Shown piece after piece: positions 38,900-48,988 of a stretch of DNA of 64,000 bases (positions are counted from its first letter, which is position 1; the number at the start of each line of letters is the position of its first letter). The translations under genes and the position numbers were made by a program. The notes beneath the pieces were generated by a model, which did no database searches, was not told where the DNA came from, and saw nothing but the letters and a program-made list of their open reading frames with translations. Source of the stretch: Fibrobacteria bacterium. GTDB lineage: Bacteria; Fibrobacterota; Fibrobacteria; UBA11236. Where the stretch lies: positions 1 to 64,000 of the forward strand of contig JAYTSD010000014.1 in NCBI GenBank assembly GCA_043745805.1, written 5' to 3'.

Positions 38900-39976
38900 T
38901 TAAATTAAAGCGTAATGAGAGTCTCGCTCTTTAGCGACTCGCCCTTTACCGACAATTAAACTTTGTAATTCCAAGGACGTCATCGTAGGATGCGCCATTC
39001 CACCGGCCATAGAATAAATTTTAGTACTATCATCCACCGTACCATCTAAATCATCCACGCCATAGTCCAATGCTTGGACAGCCAAATCAATTCCTAACAT
39101 AACCCAATAAGCTTTTAAATGAGGTATATTGTCTAAAAATAAACGCGACACTGCATAAGTACGTAAATCTTCTTCTGGAGAGACTTCGGGCAATTCACTC
39201 AAAGCATTACTTTCGTTACGGTAACGTAAAGGGATAAACGCTTTAAAACCACCAGTTCTATCTTGCACTTCGCGCAATTGGGCCATATGATTTATGCGTT
39301 GCGCACGGTTTTCCACATGACCATATAGCATAGTCGCATTTGAAAACAAACCCAGCTTATGCGCAGTTTCATGCACCTCTAGCCATGTATGCGCGGGCGC
39401 TTTGCCTCCCGCAATACGCCGACGTACTGCAGAATCAAATATTTCCGCGCCACCTCCTGGCAAGGAATCCAAACCTGCATGCTTTAAACGAGTTAAAGCA
39501 TCTTGCACCGTAACACCGCTTTTCTTTGCGAAATACGAAATCTCTACCGCTGTAAATGCTTTAATATGAATTTCTGGGCGATGTGATTTTACCCATGCAC
39601 ATAAAGCTTCGCCATATTCCACGCCTCTATCCGGATGTACTCCACCGGTAATATGAATTTCCGTTAAGGCGCCGATAGGGTAACTGGCAAGTTTCTTCGC
39701 TAAATCGTCAAAGGTATAATCCCAAGCCCCATCGACTTCCGTTGCCTTAGGCGAACGATAAAAAGCACAAAACTTACAAGCATAAATGCATTTGTTGGTT
39801 GGTTCAAAATGCAAGTTGCGATTATAATAAGCTTCCTCACCATGTAATACGCATCGACGTGCATTAGCTTCCTTTTGCAACCATTCCAGTGGGGCTTCTG
39901 CAAACAAAAAAACACCGTCTTCTTCCGAAAGCCTTTCCTGCCGCTTTAATTTCTCAGATATCTCCAATAAATTCAT
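38900..39976 (-). CDS. mqnE: Aminofutalosine synthase (radical SAM)
   Basis: CIYACKFCAF, KAFTAVEI, PGGGAEIF, NATMLYGH, KAYW, GVDDLDGT. Confidence 0.88.
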   Translation of the reverse strand: MNLLEISEKLKRQERLSEEDGVFLFAEAPLEWLQKEANARRCVLHGEEAYYNRNLHFEPTNKCIYACKFCAFYRSPKATEVDGAWDYTFDDLAKKLASYPIGALTEIHITGGVHPDRGVEYGEALCAWVKSHRPEIHIKAFTAVEISYFAKKSGVTVQDALTRLKHAGLDSLPGGGAEIFDSAVRRRIAGGKAPAHTWLEVHETAHKLGLFSNATMLYGHVENRAQRINHMAQLREVQDRTGGFKAFIPLRYRNESNALSELPEVSPEEDLRTYAVSRLFLDNIPHLKAYWVMLGIDLAVQALDYGVDDLDGTVDDSTKIYSMAGGMAHPTMTSLELQSLIVGKGRVAKERDSHYALI

Positions 39977-40085
39977 GTTTATTTCCTTCTTCGATAAATT
40001 TAACAGGTTGTATCCGCTTTTAGAAAAGACATGTATTATCTTTTCCCAGAAAAATTGCGGAACTTAGAGGAGCATAAAGAAATAT

Positions 40086-40409
40086 ATGGCCAGTACTGTT
40101 GAAGAAATCACCATCAATTTTTCCGAAGAAGATGGCACCTTAGTATGTAAAGAGGTGGAAAAAGAGGTTTTGACTAAAGGTGCTTGGGCCACTATTATGT
40201 TCAAATACCAAGATTTAGACAAAGCATCCGGCACTTTCAAAGCGCCTAAAATGTCCATTCGTCGTTATCAAAAACGCAATGGCGAATACAAAACCAAAAG
40301 CAAATTCAATTTTTCCTCCGTCGCTCAAGCCCAAAAGGTTGCTGAGGTGCTGTTAAAGTGGAGTTCCGGTTTATCGGATGAAGGTGGAAAAGACGACACC
40401 GATGATTAG
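40086..40409 (+). CDS. Conserved-looking hypothetical protein
   Basis: GAGGAG SD; LTKGAWATIMFKYQ...SIRRYQKRNGEY...SKFN; acidic tail. Confidence 0.75.
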   Translation: MASTVEEITINFSEEDGTLVCKEVEKEVLTKGAWATIMFKYQDLDKASGTFKAPKMSIRRYQKRNGEYKTKSKFNFSSVAQAQKVAEVLLKWSSGLSDEGGKDDTDD

Positions 40410-40438
40410 CCTTGCTTAAAAATTAGGGTTAAATAATT

Positions 40439-40849
40439 ATGGCCGTTCAAATTTTCACCTCCGAATGCTCGGAGACTATACCGGAAAAACGCCAATTGGC
40501 TCAACTGGTGCAAAAAGTTCTTCGGGCAGAAAAACAAAAAGGGGATGTTAATTTGGTTTTTTGCGAAAATAAGCAAGTTCGCATCCTTAATCGAAAATAC
40601 CGTAAACTCGATAAAGTTACCGATGTATTATCCTTTAATTATGATGAAGAGGATATTTTAGGTGAGATTTACATCGCGGGAACCCAAGCTTTGACTCAAT
40701 CTAAGCGCTATAAGCACTCTTTTTTAAATGAATTACGCCGTTTAGTGGTACATGGAGCCTTGCATTTGTCGGGTTATGACCATATAATCTCAAAGGAACG
40801 GAAGATTATGCGCGCTAAGGAAGAACATTATTTAACATCGGGAAAATGA
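40439..40849 (+). CDS. ybeY: rRNA maturation endoribonuclease YbeY
   Basis: LNRKYR, TDVLSF, GEIYI, HGALHLSGYDH. Confidence 0.95.
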   Translation: MAVQIFTSECSETIPEKRQLAQLVQKVLRAEKQKGDVNLVFCENKQVRILNRKYRKLDKVTDVLSFNYDEEDILGEIYIAGTQALTQSKRYKHSFLNELRRLVVHGALHLSGYDHIISKERKIMRAKEEHYLTSGK

Positions 40850-40948
40850 ATTATCTTTTCACTATGAGTTTTTCTGACATTGGCCAAAGGCATTACCCTA
40901 GGCAATGCACCGCCTACATAGTGGCTATAGAAACTTAAAGAAAAATCC

Positions 40949-42241
40949 GTGGGCCCAGAATCTAATTTCTCTATTTTACTCTTAAGCTTTGCAGCGCTAT
41001 TTTTTAGTGGAGTATTGAGCGGTATCAAAACCGTTTTAGGTTTTTTGCAAAAACAAAATAGTGAGCATGGATTAAATGCCAACAATGATAGAATCGCTTT
41101 ATTAATTGATGATGCTAAAAAAATATGGACTAAGCCCGGTTTTTTTGAATCGCTTAGTCTTGGTCGCTTTGTTTTAGATACCTTAGCTGTTTTATGCGCC
41201 AATCATTTTATTCATCAACTATTTCCAATTACACCGTTTTGGCTGATTACCTTATTCACTATTCTCTTTTGTTATGCCACCTCACATTGGTTTTTTCCTT
41301 TACTTGCACAAGCTTATGCCCTACGTTTAGCCGAGGGAAGCATACAAGCTTATCGCGTATACAGCTTTTTATTAATGGGTCGAATTGGCGAAATTCTTTT
41401 TTCGGCACATGATTATTGCCTTAATAAAATGGGTTATGATCATCGCCTTAGCTTTTTGGTAGAAACAAAACTCAATTCAACAGCTGAAGACGAACATCCT
41501 GACCGCAGTGGCTTGCAAGAAGATGAAAAAGAAATGATCCGCAGTATATTTGATTTACGCGAAACCCAAGCAAAAGAAATCATGACACCGCGTGTAGATG
41601 TAGTGGGCTTAGAAATGGGTGTTTCCTACGCTACGGTGATTGAATTAATTACCCGAGAAAAGTTTAGTCGTATTCCGGTTTATAAAGATACCATGGATTC
41701 CGTGCAGGGTATCTTGCATGTTATGGATATGATGGGGCTCAAAGAAAATGAAAAACAAGAGAGCTTCGATTTAGGTCATTATTTACGCGAAGCCTACTTT
41801 GTCCCACGTACCAAAAAAATTGGTGACTTAATGAGTGAGTTCCGCAAAAAACATATTCATATGGCCATTGTAGTCGATGAATACGGGGGAACCGCTGGTA
41901 TTGTTACCTTGGAAGATGTGCTGGAAGAAATCGTGGGGGAAATTCATGATGAAGATGAAGTAGAAACTACGCGTATTAAAAAATTAGAAGAAGGCATTTT
42001 TTTAGTCGATCCTATTATCTCCTTATCTGATTTACATGAAGAATTGGAAATTGAGTTAAAGCCTGAAGACGACGATATTCAAATTGATACTCTGGGTGGA
42101 TTTATTTTATTCTTGCATGGTAAAGTACCCGAAAAGGGTGACGTGGTGCGTTATAAAGAAATTACCTTCGAAATTATTGAGATGGACGGTCAAAAGATGG
42201 AAAAGATCCGTATGACCGTTAACACCTTGGTAAACAGCTAA
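40949..42241 (+). CDS. HlyC/CorC family CBS-domain membrane protein
   Basis: N-terminal TMs, IMTPR, FSRIPVY, VDEYGGTAGIVTLEDVLEEIVGEI.DE, TLGG; follows ybeY. Confidence 0.92.
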   Translation: MGPESNFSILLLSFAALFFSGVLSGIKTVLGFLQKQNSEHGLNANNDRIALLIDDAKKIWTKPGFFESLSLGRFVLDTLAVLCANHFIHQLFPITPFWLITLFTILFCYATSHWFFPLLAQAYALRLAEGSIQAYRVYSFLLMGRIGEILFSAHDYCLNKMGYDHRLSFLVETKLNSTAEDEHPDRSGLQEDEKEMIRSIFDLRETQAKEIMTPRVDVVGLEMGVSYATVIELITREKFSRIPVYKDTMDSVQGILHVMDMMGLKENEKQESFDLGHYLREAYFVPRTKKIGDLMSEFRKKHIHMAIVVDEYGGTAGIVTLEDVLEEIVGEIHDEDEVETTRIKKLEEGIFLVDPIISLSDLHEELEIELKPEDDDIQIDTLGGFILFLHGKVPEKGDVVRYKEITFEIIEMDGQKMEKIRMTVNTLVNS

Positions 42242-42303
42242 ACCAAAGTCCTAAGCTATTTTAAACACATCCATTTGAATTCGTGTAACCAACATGATCC
42301 AAT

Positions 42304-42534
42304 TTATTCTGCTTGAGGATTTTCCGTATCAGGATGGATTTTTTTTTGCAAAGTCTTAATATTGCTTAAGAGATCATCATTGTAAAAATCCAATAAAGGA
42401 AGCTTGTTCAAAACCTCTTCGGAACGCGATAGCGTAGTAGAATTTTCTTTGATCAGCTTAATTAATTTATCAACTGAACCATGCAAATCCAGTAAGGATG
42501 TTTCCAACTCTACGATTTGCTTCGACTTTTCCAA
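42304..42534 (-). CDS. Small hypothetical helical protein
   Basis: GGAGG SD upstream of a TTG start; 76 aa. Confidence 0.55.
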   Translation of the reverse strand: MEKSKQIVELETSLLDLHGSVDKLIKLIKENSTTLSRSEEVLNKLPLLDFYNDDLLSNIKTLQKKIHPDTENPQAE

Positions 42535-42768
42535 AATACCTCCTCAAGCGCCTTTAGCTCAACTCTTGGGCGAGATAAACCAGGCCCCAAAAGTAATATA
42601 CAGAGATCGGAAAACAATTCAAATGGGTGCAGAAGCCTTATCTTATGGGCTTTGTGGGGAAAGTCCCACAATTTGAAATTATTGAAAAATCCAAATTTTG
42701 AAGAAAGCCTAAATCGTATTTTCTCAAATGTGAAGAACTTCAATTTTTAAAAAGGTAGGAGAAGCTTA

Positions 42769-43887
42769 TTAAAGGTTTCCCGAGGTACTTGGCAATAGAA
42801 TTTTAAAGAGGGTCGCGGATATTTCAGACTCACACTCCATTGTTCCACCGTGTTCTGAAATTATTTTTTTACTAATAGCCAATCCCAATCCGGTACCATC
42901 CTTTTCGGATTTGGTAGTGAAAAAAGGTTCAAATATATGTTCCAAATTATCCTTAGTAATACCACCAGCATTATCTTGAAAAATAATTTCCACCACGTCC
43001 ATTTTGGGTTTCATCGCTTGAATATGAATCACCTTAGGAAAACTAATTGAAGACTCAAAAGCATCGCGTGAATTGGTTAATAAATTATGAAATACACTTT
43101 CCAATTGTGTGCTGTTGCCTTGCAAAGTTAAATCTTTGTCAATATCAATTTGCACATCAATACCACGATTGCGCAATTGCCTATCCATAAATAACAGGCT
43201 ATCATCAATTAAATCGCGCAAGATTATGGTTGACTGAGAACGAATATCCTCTTTGCGCGAATATAGCAGAAGATGCTCCACCACTTTTTTCATTCTCTCC
43301 GCACATTTAATTACGGATTGTGCAGCGGAGAGTAACATGTTTTTATTTAGCTGGAGCTCCTCATCCGCAAAATGATCTCTTAAGTATTCTGCATCTAGTA
43401 ATATACTTGCTAATGGATTATTCAGTTCATGTGCCAAACTGGCACCTAAAGTGCCTAGAACAACTAATTTATTTGCATGAAATAATTGTTTCTCCAAAAG
43501 TACTTGCTGTCCCCGATCTAAAGAAAAACCCATGTAACCAATAATTTCCCCATTATTTTTTATAGGCGTAATAGTAAGATGCACAAATACTTCGGAACCA
43601 TCCGTAGCCAAATTAGTTATTTCACCTCCCCATGATTCTCCACGCGCTATAGTTTCCCACATGCTTTTATAAAAAAAGTTACTAGTAATGGGAGAGCGTA
43701 TAATCGCTTGCGATTTCCCCACCACCTCTTTATCATTTTTAAATTTATAGAGATTTAAATAGGCCTGATTAACCCTAAGCAAACGACCGCCCTTATTTGT
43801 GATATTGATAGCGTTTTCTGATTGTGTGAAAGCCATATCCACAATTGCGGCTGAGTTTAGATCTAGAGGAGAAATTGGACTACTCAT
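42769..43887 (-). CDS. Cytoplasmic PAS-domain sensor histidine kinase
   Basis: PAS (VNQAY, W.GEITN...DG), AHELNNPL, NLLTNSRDA, DNAGG, FEPFFTTK, GTGLGL. Confidence 0.93.
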   Translation of the reverse strand: MSSPISPLDLNSAAIVDMAFTQSENAINITNKGGRLLRVNQAYLNLYKFKNDKEVVGKSQAIIRSPITSNFFYKSMWETIARGESWGGEITNLATDGSEVFVHLTITPIKNNGEIIGYMGFSLDRGQQVLLEKQLFHANKLVVLGTLGASLAHELNNPLASILLDAEYLRDHFADEELQLNKNMLLSAAQSVIKCAERMKKVVEHLLLYSRKEDIRSQSTIILRDLIDDSLLFMDRQLRNRGIDVQIDIDKDLTLQGNSTQLESVFHNLLTNSRDAFESSISFPKVIHIQAMKPKMDVVEIIFQDNAGGITKDNLEHIFEPFFTTKSEKDGTGLGLAISKKIISEHGGTMECESEISATLFKILLPSTSGNL

Positions 43888-43923
43888 AGGGAAACCTCTT
43901 TTTTAAAGATAAATCGACACTTC

Positions 43924-43948
43924 GTTTATTGTCATTTTGACAATAAAC
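43924..43948. promoter_or_regulatory. Perfect inverted repeat, candidate enhancer-binding-protein site
   Basis: GTTTATTGTCA-TTT-TGACAATAAAC, about 140 bp upstream of a sigma54 promoter. Confidence 0.65.
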
Positions 43949-44088
43949 TGCTGTTTTGGCAAATTCTCGGAAATTAAATATTCTTTATCGATGCCAAAAA
44001 ATTTTGATGGCCATCATAACTTAGCTTAAATGCCCTTATTTAAATGAAAAACCTGCGAATTCATCAATCACTTTTATAGGGTAAAATA

Positions 44089-44104
44089 TGGCCTATGAAT
44101 TGCT
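44089..44104 (+). promoter_or_regulatory. Sigma54 (-24/-12) promoter
   Basis: TGGC-CTATGAA-TTGCT with consensus spacing, upstream of a sigma54-dependent regulator. Confidence 0.7.
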
Positions 44105-44161
44105 CAATTTCGAGTTGGCTTAAGCCGTTTACCAATTTGGGAAACAAGGAAAGTTAGTAGA

Positions 44162-45526
44162 ATGAAATTTAAACTTTTAATTGTAGACGATGAACAAAAT
44201 ATACTCGATTCGTTAACGCGAACCCTGCATGGCCTTGATATAGAATTATCAACTAATAATGATCCACGTAAAGCCTTAGAGATTATCAAAGAAAATACTC
44301 CTCACGTAGTTATCTCTGATTTAAAAATGCCGCATCTAGACGGTATTGGCTTACTGCAAAAAATCAAAGAGTTCGATAACAATATTCAAGTCATCATGAT
44401 CACTGGACATGGTACCATTGACGATGCTGTATCAGCCATGAAAAAAGGCGCCTATGATTTTATTGCTAAACCATTTAATAAACAAGAAATTCTAGCTATC
44501 ATCAATCGCGCTTTCGAAAAAGTTTCGCTGCTACAAGAAAATCTTTTACTAAAAGAAAAACTTAAAAAAAATCAAACCCCACATTTTGAATGGGGAAAAA
44601 GTCGTACCTTCAAAGAATTACTCAATCGCTCGGCACAAGCTGCCGCTAGCGAAGCGACGATTTTAATTCAAGGCGAAAGTGGTACCGGAAAAGAGGTTTT
44701 AGCGAATTATATATTTGCAAACTCTCCTCGTGTGCATCAACATTATATCACCGTGAATTGTGCCGCCATTCCCAAAAATCTTTTAGAAGCAGAGCTTTTT
44801 GGCTATAAAAAAGGATCCTTCACAGGAGCGCATCAGGATAAAAAGGGGAAGTTTTTAGAAGCAGATGGAGGCACTATTTTCTTAGATGAAATTGGAGAAA
44901 TGCCTTTAAGCACGCAACCCAAAATATTGCGCATATTGCAAGAAGGAGAAATTAGTCCGGTAGGTGGAAGTACCCAAAAGGTAAATGTACGTATCATTGC
45001 TGCTACCAACAAAAACTTACGCAAGCAAGTTGAAGCCAAGCTTTTTCGCGAAGATCTTTTTTACCGTTTAAATGTCATCCCATTACTTATTCCTCCTTTA
45101 CGCCAACGCCATGAAGATCTGCATTCTTTAATTTCCTTTTTTATCAATAAATATTGCAAAAAAAACAAAAGGGAAAATCTTTCTATTCATGCGGATGCTT
45201 TACGCTTAATGGAAAAATATCCATGGCCAGGAAATGTGCGTGAACTAGAAAATGCCATTGAGCGTTCGGTTATCTTATGCCTAGGTCATCAAATCTCTAT
45301 AGCCGATTTACCAGATGAATTAAGTCAGAGTTGTGAATCACAAGTTCAAATTGATATTGATCGCGGTATGACTATGGAAGAAATTGAATTATACGTTATC
45401 CAAAACACTCTTAAACGCAATCATGGGGACAAAGCAAAAACCGCAGAAGAATTAGGGATTAGCCTACGCACTATTTATCGAAAATTAGATGCAGTTATTT
45501 CGCAAGAAAATGGTGTGGCAAAATAA
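44162..45526 (+). CDS. Sigma54-dependent response regulator (NtrC/AtoC family)
   Basis: Receiver (VDDE, DLKMP), GESGTGKE, GSFTGA, FLDEIGE, WPGNVRELEN, Fis-type HTH. Confidence 0.95.
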   Translation: MKFKLLIVDDEQNILDSLTRTLHGLDIELSTNNDPRKALEIIKENTPHVVISDLKMPHLDGIGLLQKIKEFDNNIQVIMITGHGTIDDAVSAMKKGAYDFIAKPFNKQEILAIINRAFEKVSLLQENLLLKEKLKKNQTPHFEWGKSRTFKELLNRSAQAAASEATILIQGESGTGKEVLANYIFANSPRVHQHYITVNCAAIPKNLLEAELFGYKKGSFTGAHQDKKGKFLEADGGTIFLDEIGEMPLSTQPKILRILQEGEISPVGGSTQKVNVRIIAATNKNLRKQVEAKLFREDLFYRLNVIPLLIPPLRQRHEDLHSLISFFINKYCKKNKRENLSIHADALRLMEKYPWPGNVRELENAIERSVILCLGHQISIADLPDELSQSCESQVQIDIDRGMTMEEIELYVIQNTLKRNHGDKAKTAEELGISLRTIYRKLDAVISQENGVAK

Positions 45527-45541
45527 TCTGAATGTTACCCC

Positions 45542-45575
45542 ATAAAAAAACCCGCTTGCAAGCGGGTTTTTTTAT
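45542..45575. terminator. Bidirectional intrinsic terminator
   Basis: Perfect 34-bp palindrome ATAAAAAAACCCGCTTGCAAGCGGGTTTTTTTAT between convergent genes. Confidence 0.88.
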
Positions 45576-45591
45576 TTCGCGAGGAAAAAAG

Positions 45592-45972
45592 CTATTTGCT
45601 TTTTTTGGCACTGAAAGTAAGTACGTAGGCCAAGACATCATCGATTTGTTTAGGTGTTAAAGTTCCGCCCCAAGCTGCCATAAACGGAGAAAATCCATTT
45701 GCTGCCCCACCTTCGGTAATCACTTTTTTCAAAGCCTCAATTGGCCGCTTTTGCATATAAGCTGCATCCGTAAAATTTCTAGGTTTGGGATCTAAGGTTG
45801 CTGCCGTAGGGCCATCCCCTTGCCCTGTTTTTCCATGGCAAGTTGCACAATTCGTTTCAAAGATTTTTTTGCCTTCGATAATATTGGCTTTTGCTCCGGC
45901 TTTAGGTTTGCTTGCACCCATTGCGGTTATAGCTAAAGTCAGAACGGCTAAACTCAAAATTTTTATTCTCAT
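45592..45972 (-). CDS. Monoheme cytochrome c
   Basis: Signal peptide, CATCHG, G.GDGP....L.PKPRNFT, distal Met in MAAW. Confidence 0.92.
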   Translation of the reverse strand: MRIKILSLAVLTLAITAMGASKPKAGAKANIIEGKKIFETNCATCHGKTGQGDGPTAATLDPKPRNFTDAAYMQKRPIEALKKVITEGGAANGFSPFMAAWGGTLTPKQIDDVLAYVLTFSAKKSK

Positions 45973-46236
45973 CTTTTGTTCCTCATTTGAATTCTAAATG
46001 CTCAAGTATTGGAGCTTTGGGGTATTATTTTTATTCCCCTTTTAATTTTAACAAATCCTCATTGTGATTCACAGTAAACACTATCCTAACAGCAAATAAT
46101 ATGGGTTTGAGGCCTACTTTAACAAAAGGGCGGGCCACAGATATTATGCCGTCAGAATCCTCGTTTCGAAGTACCTTAGAAAAACAAATATTCTAGCACC
46201 TTCAGTAGGTAATAATCCTTCAGAAAGGAGACTCTT

Positions 46237-47556
46237 ATGAAAAGATCACTTTATCGTATAATAAAATCGACTTTTGTGTTCGGCGCAATCGTTATGACTT
46301 TTATGACTGCTATGTTCTTTATCGCCTGTAACAAGAATGATACACATGAAAATAATATACCTAGGGTAACTCCCGATTTCTCTATAAACACCCCAGCTCC
46401 CGATCCACAACCGACGACCTCGGATAATATTCAACAAAGTCTAGACCTAACCTCAAATGGAGGATCCATTCTTTTTCAAAATATCGGCGCGCCAGGCTGG
46501 TATCCCAGTCCTCGTGACCCCAATACCGTAACCTGTGACGCTTATCGCAAAGGAACCTGTTGCATGGCCAAACATGTCATCACTACTGATAGCCTCGCGC
46601 CCTGGAATGAAGATTTAACCATGACTTTGCGCGGTCCTATGCTCGTTAAACAATTCGCTGTATATCAACCTAATCCGGATAAATTGAATTGGAGTTTAGC
46701 TTCTTTATGGCACGATAAAACACCCGCCATATTACAGGGCATAGCTTTTAAAGGAAATGGAACGGAAACCACCGGATTTAATGGCATTGTGGGAAATAAA
46801 TGTTTAGTAGATGTTTCTACTAATAAAAAATTTCCTTGCGGCCCCAATAGCGTGCCTTATTGCAATACTAATGATGGCAATCAATATTATGGTTGGGAAG
46901 GATCGAAGCTCATTATTTTGCAAGCTTCTATGCCACATATGACCGACCCCTTATTCAGTAATGCCAAACACTGTTCCGTAGATAAAGCGGATAATTGGTA
47001 TGATGCGCCTTGGATTGGTTTAAGTCATGGTGAATTGATTCGCATTGGAAAATTTAGTGGATGCAATTGTTATGGCAAAGATCCTGTGAATTGGGCGGTA
47101 GCCGATGGCTGCGGTCAGTTTAATGTTTTTGAAACTGTGAATGACAATAATACTTATCAAAATTTTGATCTTTTTAGCACCAATTTTTTCGCCTATCATG
47201 GCTATATCGGAGAAGGTCCATGTGGGAAAAATTGCAATGTCACTAATTTGAATATCAAAGTTGATTTAATCAATAAGGCTAATAGTTTAGAAGCGTCTAC
47301 GGGATCGGTAGCCTCACCTCAAAAAGGCCCTGGCACGGCTTTTCGTAGACCTCTGAATGGTTATCGTTATTTCATCATCTTAATGGATATGCAAAGTCGC
47401 AGCATTCAATTAGCTGAAATTCATCCTGCGAGTATACCCACAGTATTACAAACATTACTGCCTAGTTTGCCTGCACAAATTTCCCGCAATACTATTAATG
47501 ATATTTTAACTCTTCGCTTACCAGGATCGGCTGCAACCGGCATTTTTAAAAAATGA
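46237..47556 (+). CDS. Lipoprotein related to the TOS1/PGA52 (DUF2403/DUF2401) glucanase-like family
   Basis: Lipobox-like FFIAC; APWNEDLTMTLRGPMLVKQFAVY, DAPWI, CNCY...GCGQFNVFE, FRRP. Confidence 0.7.
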   Translation: MKRSLYRIIKSTFVFGAIVMTFMTAMFFIACNKNDTHENNIPRVTPDFSINTPAPDPQPTTSDNIQQSLDLTSNGGSILFQNIGAPGWYPSPRDPNTVTCDAYRKGTCCMAKHVITTDSLAPWNEDLTMTLRGPMLVKQFAVYQPNPDKLNWSLASLWHDKTPAILQGIAFKGNGTETTGFNGIVGNKCLVDVSTNKKFPCGPNSVPYCNTNDGNQYYGWEGSKLIILQASMPHMTDPLFSNAKHCSVDKADNWYDAPWIGLSHGELIRIGKFSGCNCYGKDPVNWAVADGCGQFNVFETVNDNNTYQNFDLFSTNFFAYHGYIGEGPCGKNCNVTNLNIKVDLINKANSLEASTGSVASPQKGPGTAFRRPLNGYRYFIILMDMQSRSIQLAEIHPASIPTVLQTLLPSLPAQISRNTINDILTLRLPGSAATGIFKK

Positions 47557-47562
47557 GTTTCA

Positions 47563-48954
47563 ATGCCTAATTTATCACCGCGCATAGCTATCATTGGTGC
47601 CGGTGCCAATGGCTTAACCACAGCGCTTTGGTTAAAAGAATTTCTGCCTAATTCTCAACTCACAATATTCGAAAATGCTCCGCAAGTGGGTGGTAAAATT
47701 CATTCGACTCGAGAAGATGGTTTTCTTATTGAATGGGGCGCACATTTACTGATGATACAGCGATCTGCTACATTGGAGCTTTGCCAAAAATTAGACTTGA
47801 TGGAAAAACTGGTTTACGGCTCTGCTACGTCCTCTAAACGTTACCTATTTTTAAATGGAAAAATACAGCCCATTGCCGAAACACCATGGCAATTCTTACG
47901 GCAAAATCCATTAACCATCTCAGGCTGGCTGCGCTTATTACAAGAACCTTTTATCTCTGTCAAAAAAGATTTTCTAGATGAAAGTCTACAATCGCATGCC
48001 TATAGACGATTAGGGAAAGAATTTAGCGAAAAATTTATCAATCCCTTAGCGCGTGGCATATTAGCTGGAGACCCTGCTAATATTAGCGTGCAAGCCTCTT
48101 TTGGGCATTTGCCAAAAATGGAAAAAACTTATGGAAGCTTAGCCCGTGCTTATGCAAAAACTTATTTTACTTCCAAAAATATTTCCTCCTCCAGTCTATT
48201 CGCTTCTTTTGCAAATGGACATCAAACATTAATCGATGCCTTAACCACAAAATTAATTCATCAAGGCATTGAAATTATTTGCGAAGCCTCCGTGAAATCG
48301 TTAATGCAAGAAAAGGATTATTTGCTCGCATACGAGCGCCATGGCGAAAAACATAAGGCCCAGTTTGACTCCGTAGTCCTGAGCTTACCTGCACCGGACT
48401 GCGCCAATATTTGCAAAAATCTTTTGCCACAATTACAAGGTTTTATGGAAGGCATTCCCTATTCCTCTCTCGTCTCAGTGAGCATTGGGCTAAATGAAAA
48501 GCAATCGGCATTCATTCCCGAAGGGTTTGGGTTTTTGGTGCCACGTCAAGAAAAATCGCCTATTTTAAGCTGTGTTTTTTCTTCGCAAATATTCCCTAAT
48601 CGAGCCCCAAAGGATTTTTCCCTATTAAATTTATCCTTAGGAGGATCAGAATATCCTGAACTTCCATTAATTAGCGAAACAGATATTGGCAAACTCGCTT
48701 GGACAAATTTACAAAATATTTTTAATCTCTCGGGGGAACCTCGTATGTTACGTGTTCATAAGCACTTAAAGGCCATGCCCCAATATCCAATACACCATTT
48801 ACAAAACTTGAAACTCATAGAGGATAAGGCTCTTAAGGCCTTGCCAGGACTCTATTTAGCAGGTAGCGCCTATTATGGAACAGGTTTAGAAAATGCTTTC
48901 GCAAATGCAAAAATTATTGCTAAAAATATTTCTACTTATTTCTCATCGAAATAA
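47563..48954 (+). CDS. hemG: Protoporphyrinogen oxidase (HemY type)
   Basis: IIGAGANGL, GGKIHS, EWGAH, GFGFLVP, FPNRAP, MPQY. Confidence 0.9.
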   Translation: MPNLSPRIAIIGAGANGLTTALWLKEFLPNSQLTIFENAPQVGGKIHSTREDGFLIEWGAHLLMIQRSATLELCQKLDLMEKLVYGSATSSKRYLFLNGKIQPIAETPWQFLRQNPLTISGWLRLLQEPFISVKKDFLDESLQSHAYRRLGKEFSEKFINPLARGILAGDPANISVQASFGHLPKMEKTYGSLARAYAKTYFTSKNISSSSLFASFANGHQTLIDALTTKLIHQGIEIICEASVKSLMQEKDYLLAYERHGEKHKAQFDSVVLSLPAPDCANICKNLLPQLQGFMEGIPYSSLVSVSIGLNEKQSAFIPEGFGFLVPRQEKSPILSCVFSSQIFPNRAPKDFSLLNLSLGGSEYPELPLISETDIGKLAWTNLQNIFNLSGEPRMLRVHKHLKAMPQYPIHHLQNLKLIEDKALKALPGLYLAGSAYYGTGLENAFANAKIIAKNISTYFSSK

Positions 48955-48988
48955 ATACTAGAATCGAAGAAAAATTTTTGGAGGAAAA

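Noticed and set aside
46063-46073. TGTGATTCACA as a CRP/FNR/Rex site
   Set aside because: A 1-nt spacer fits none of these consensus spacings
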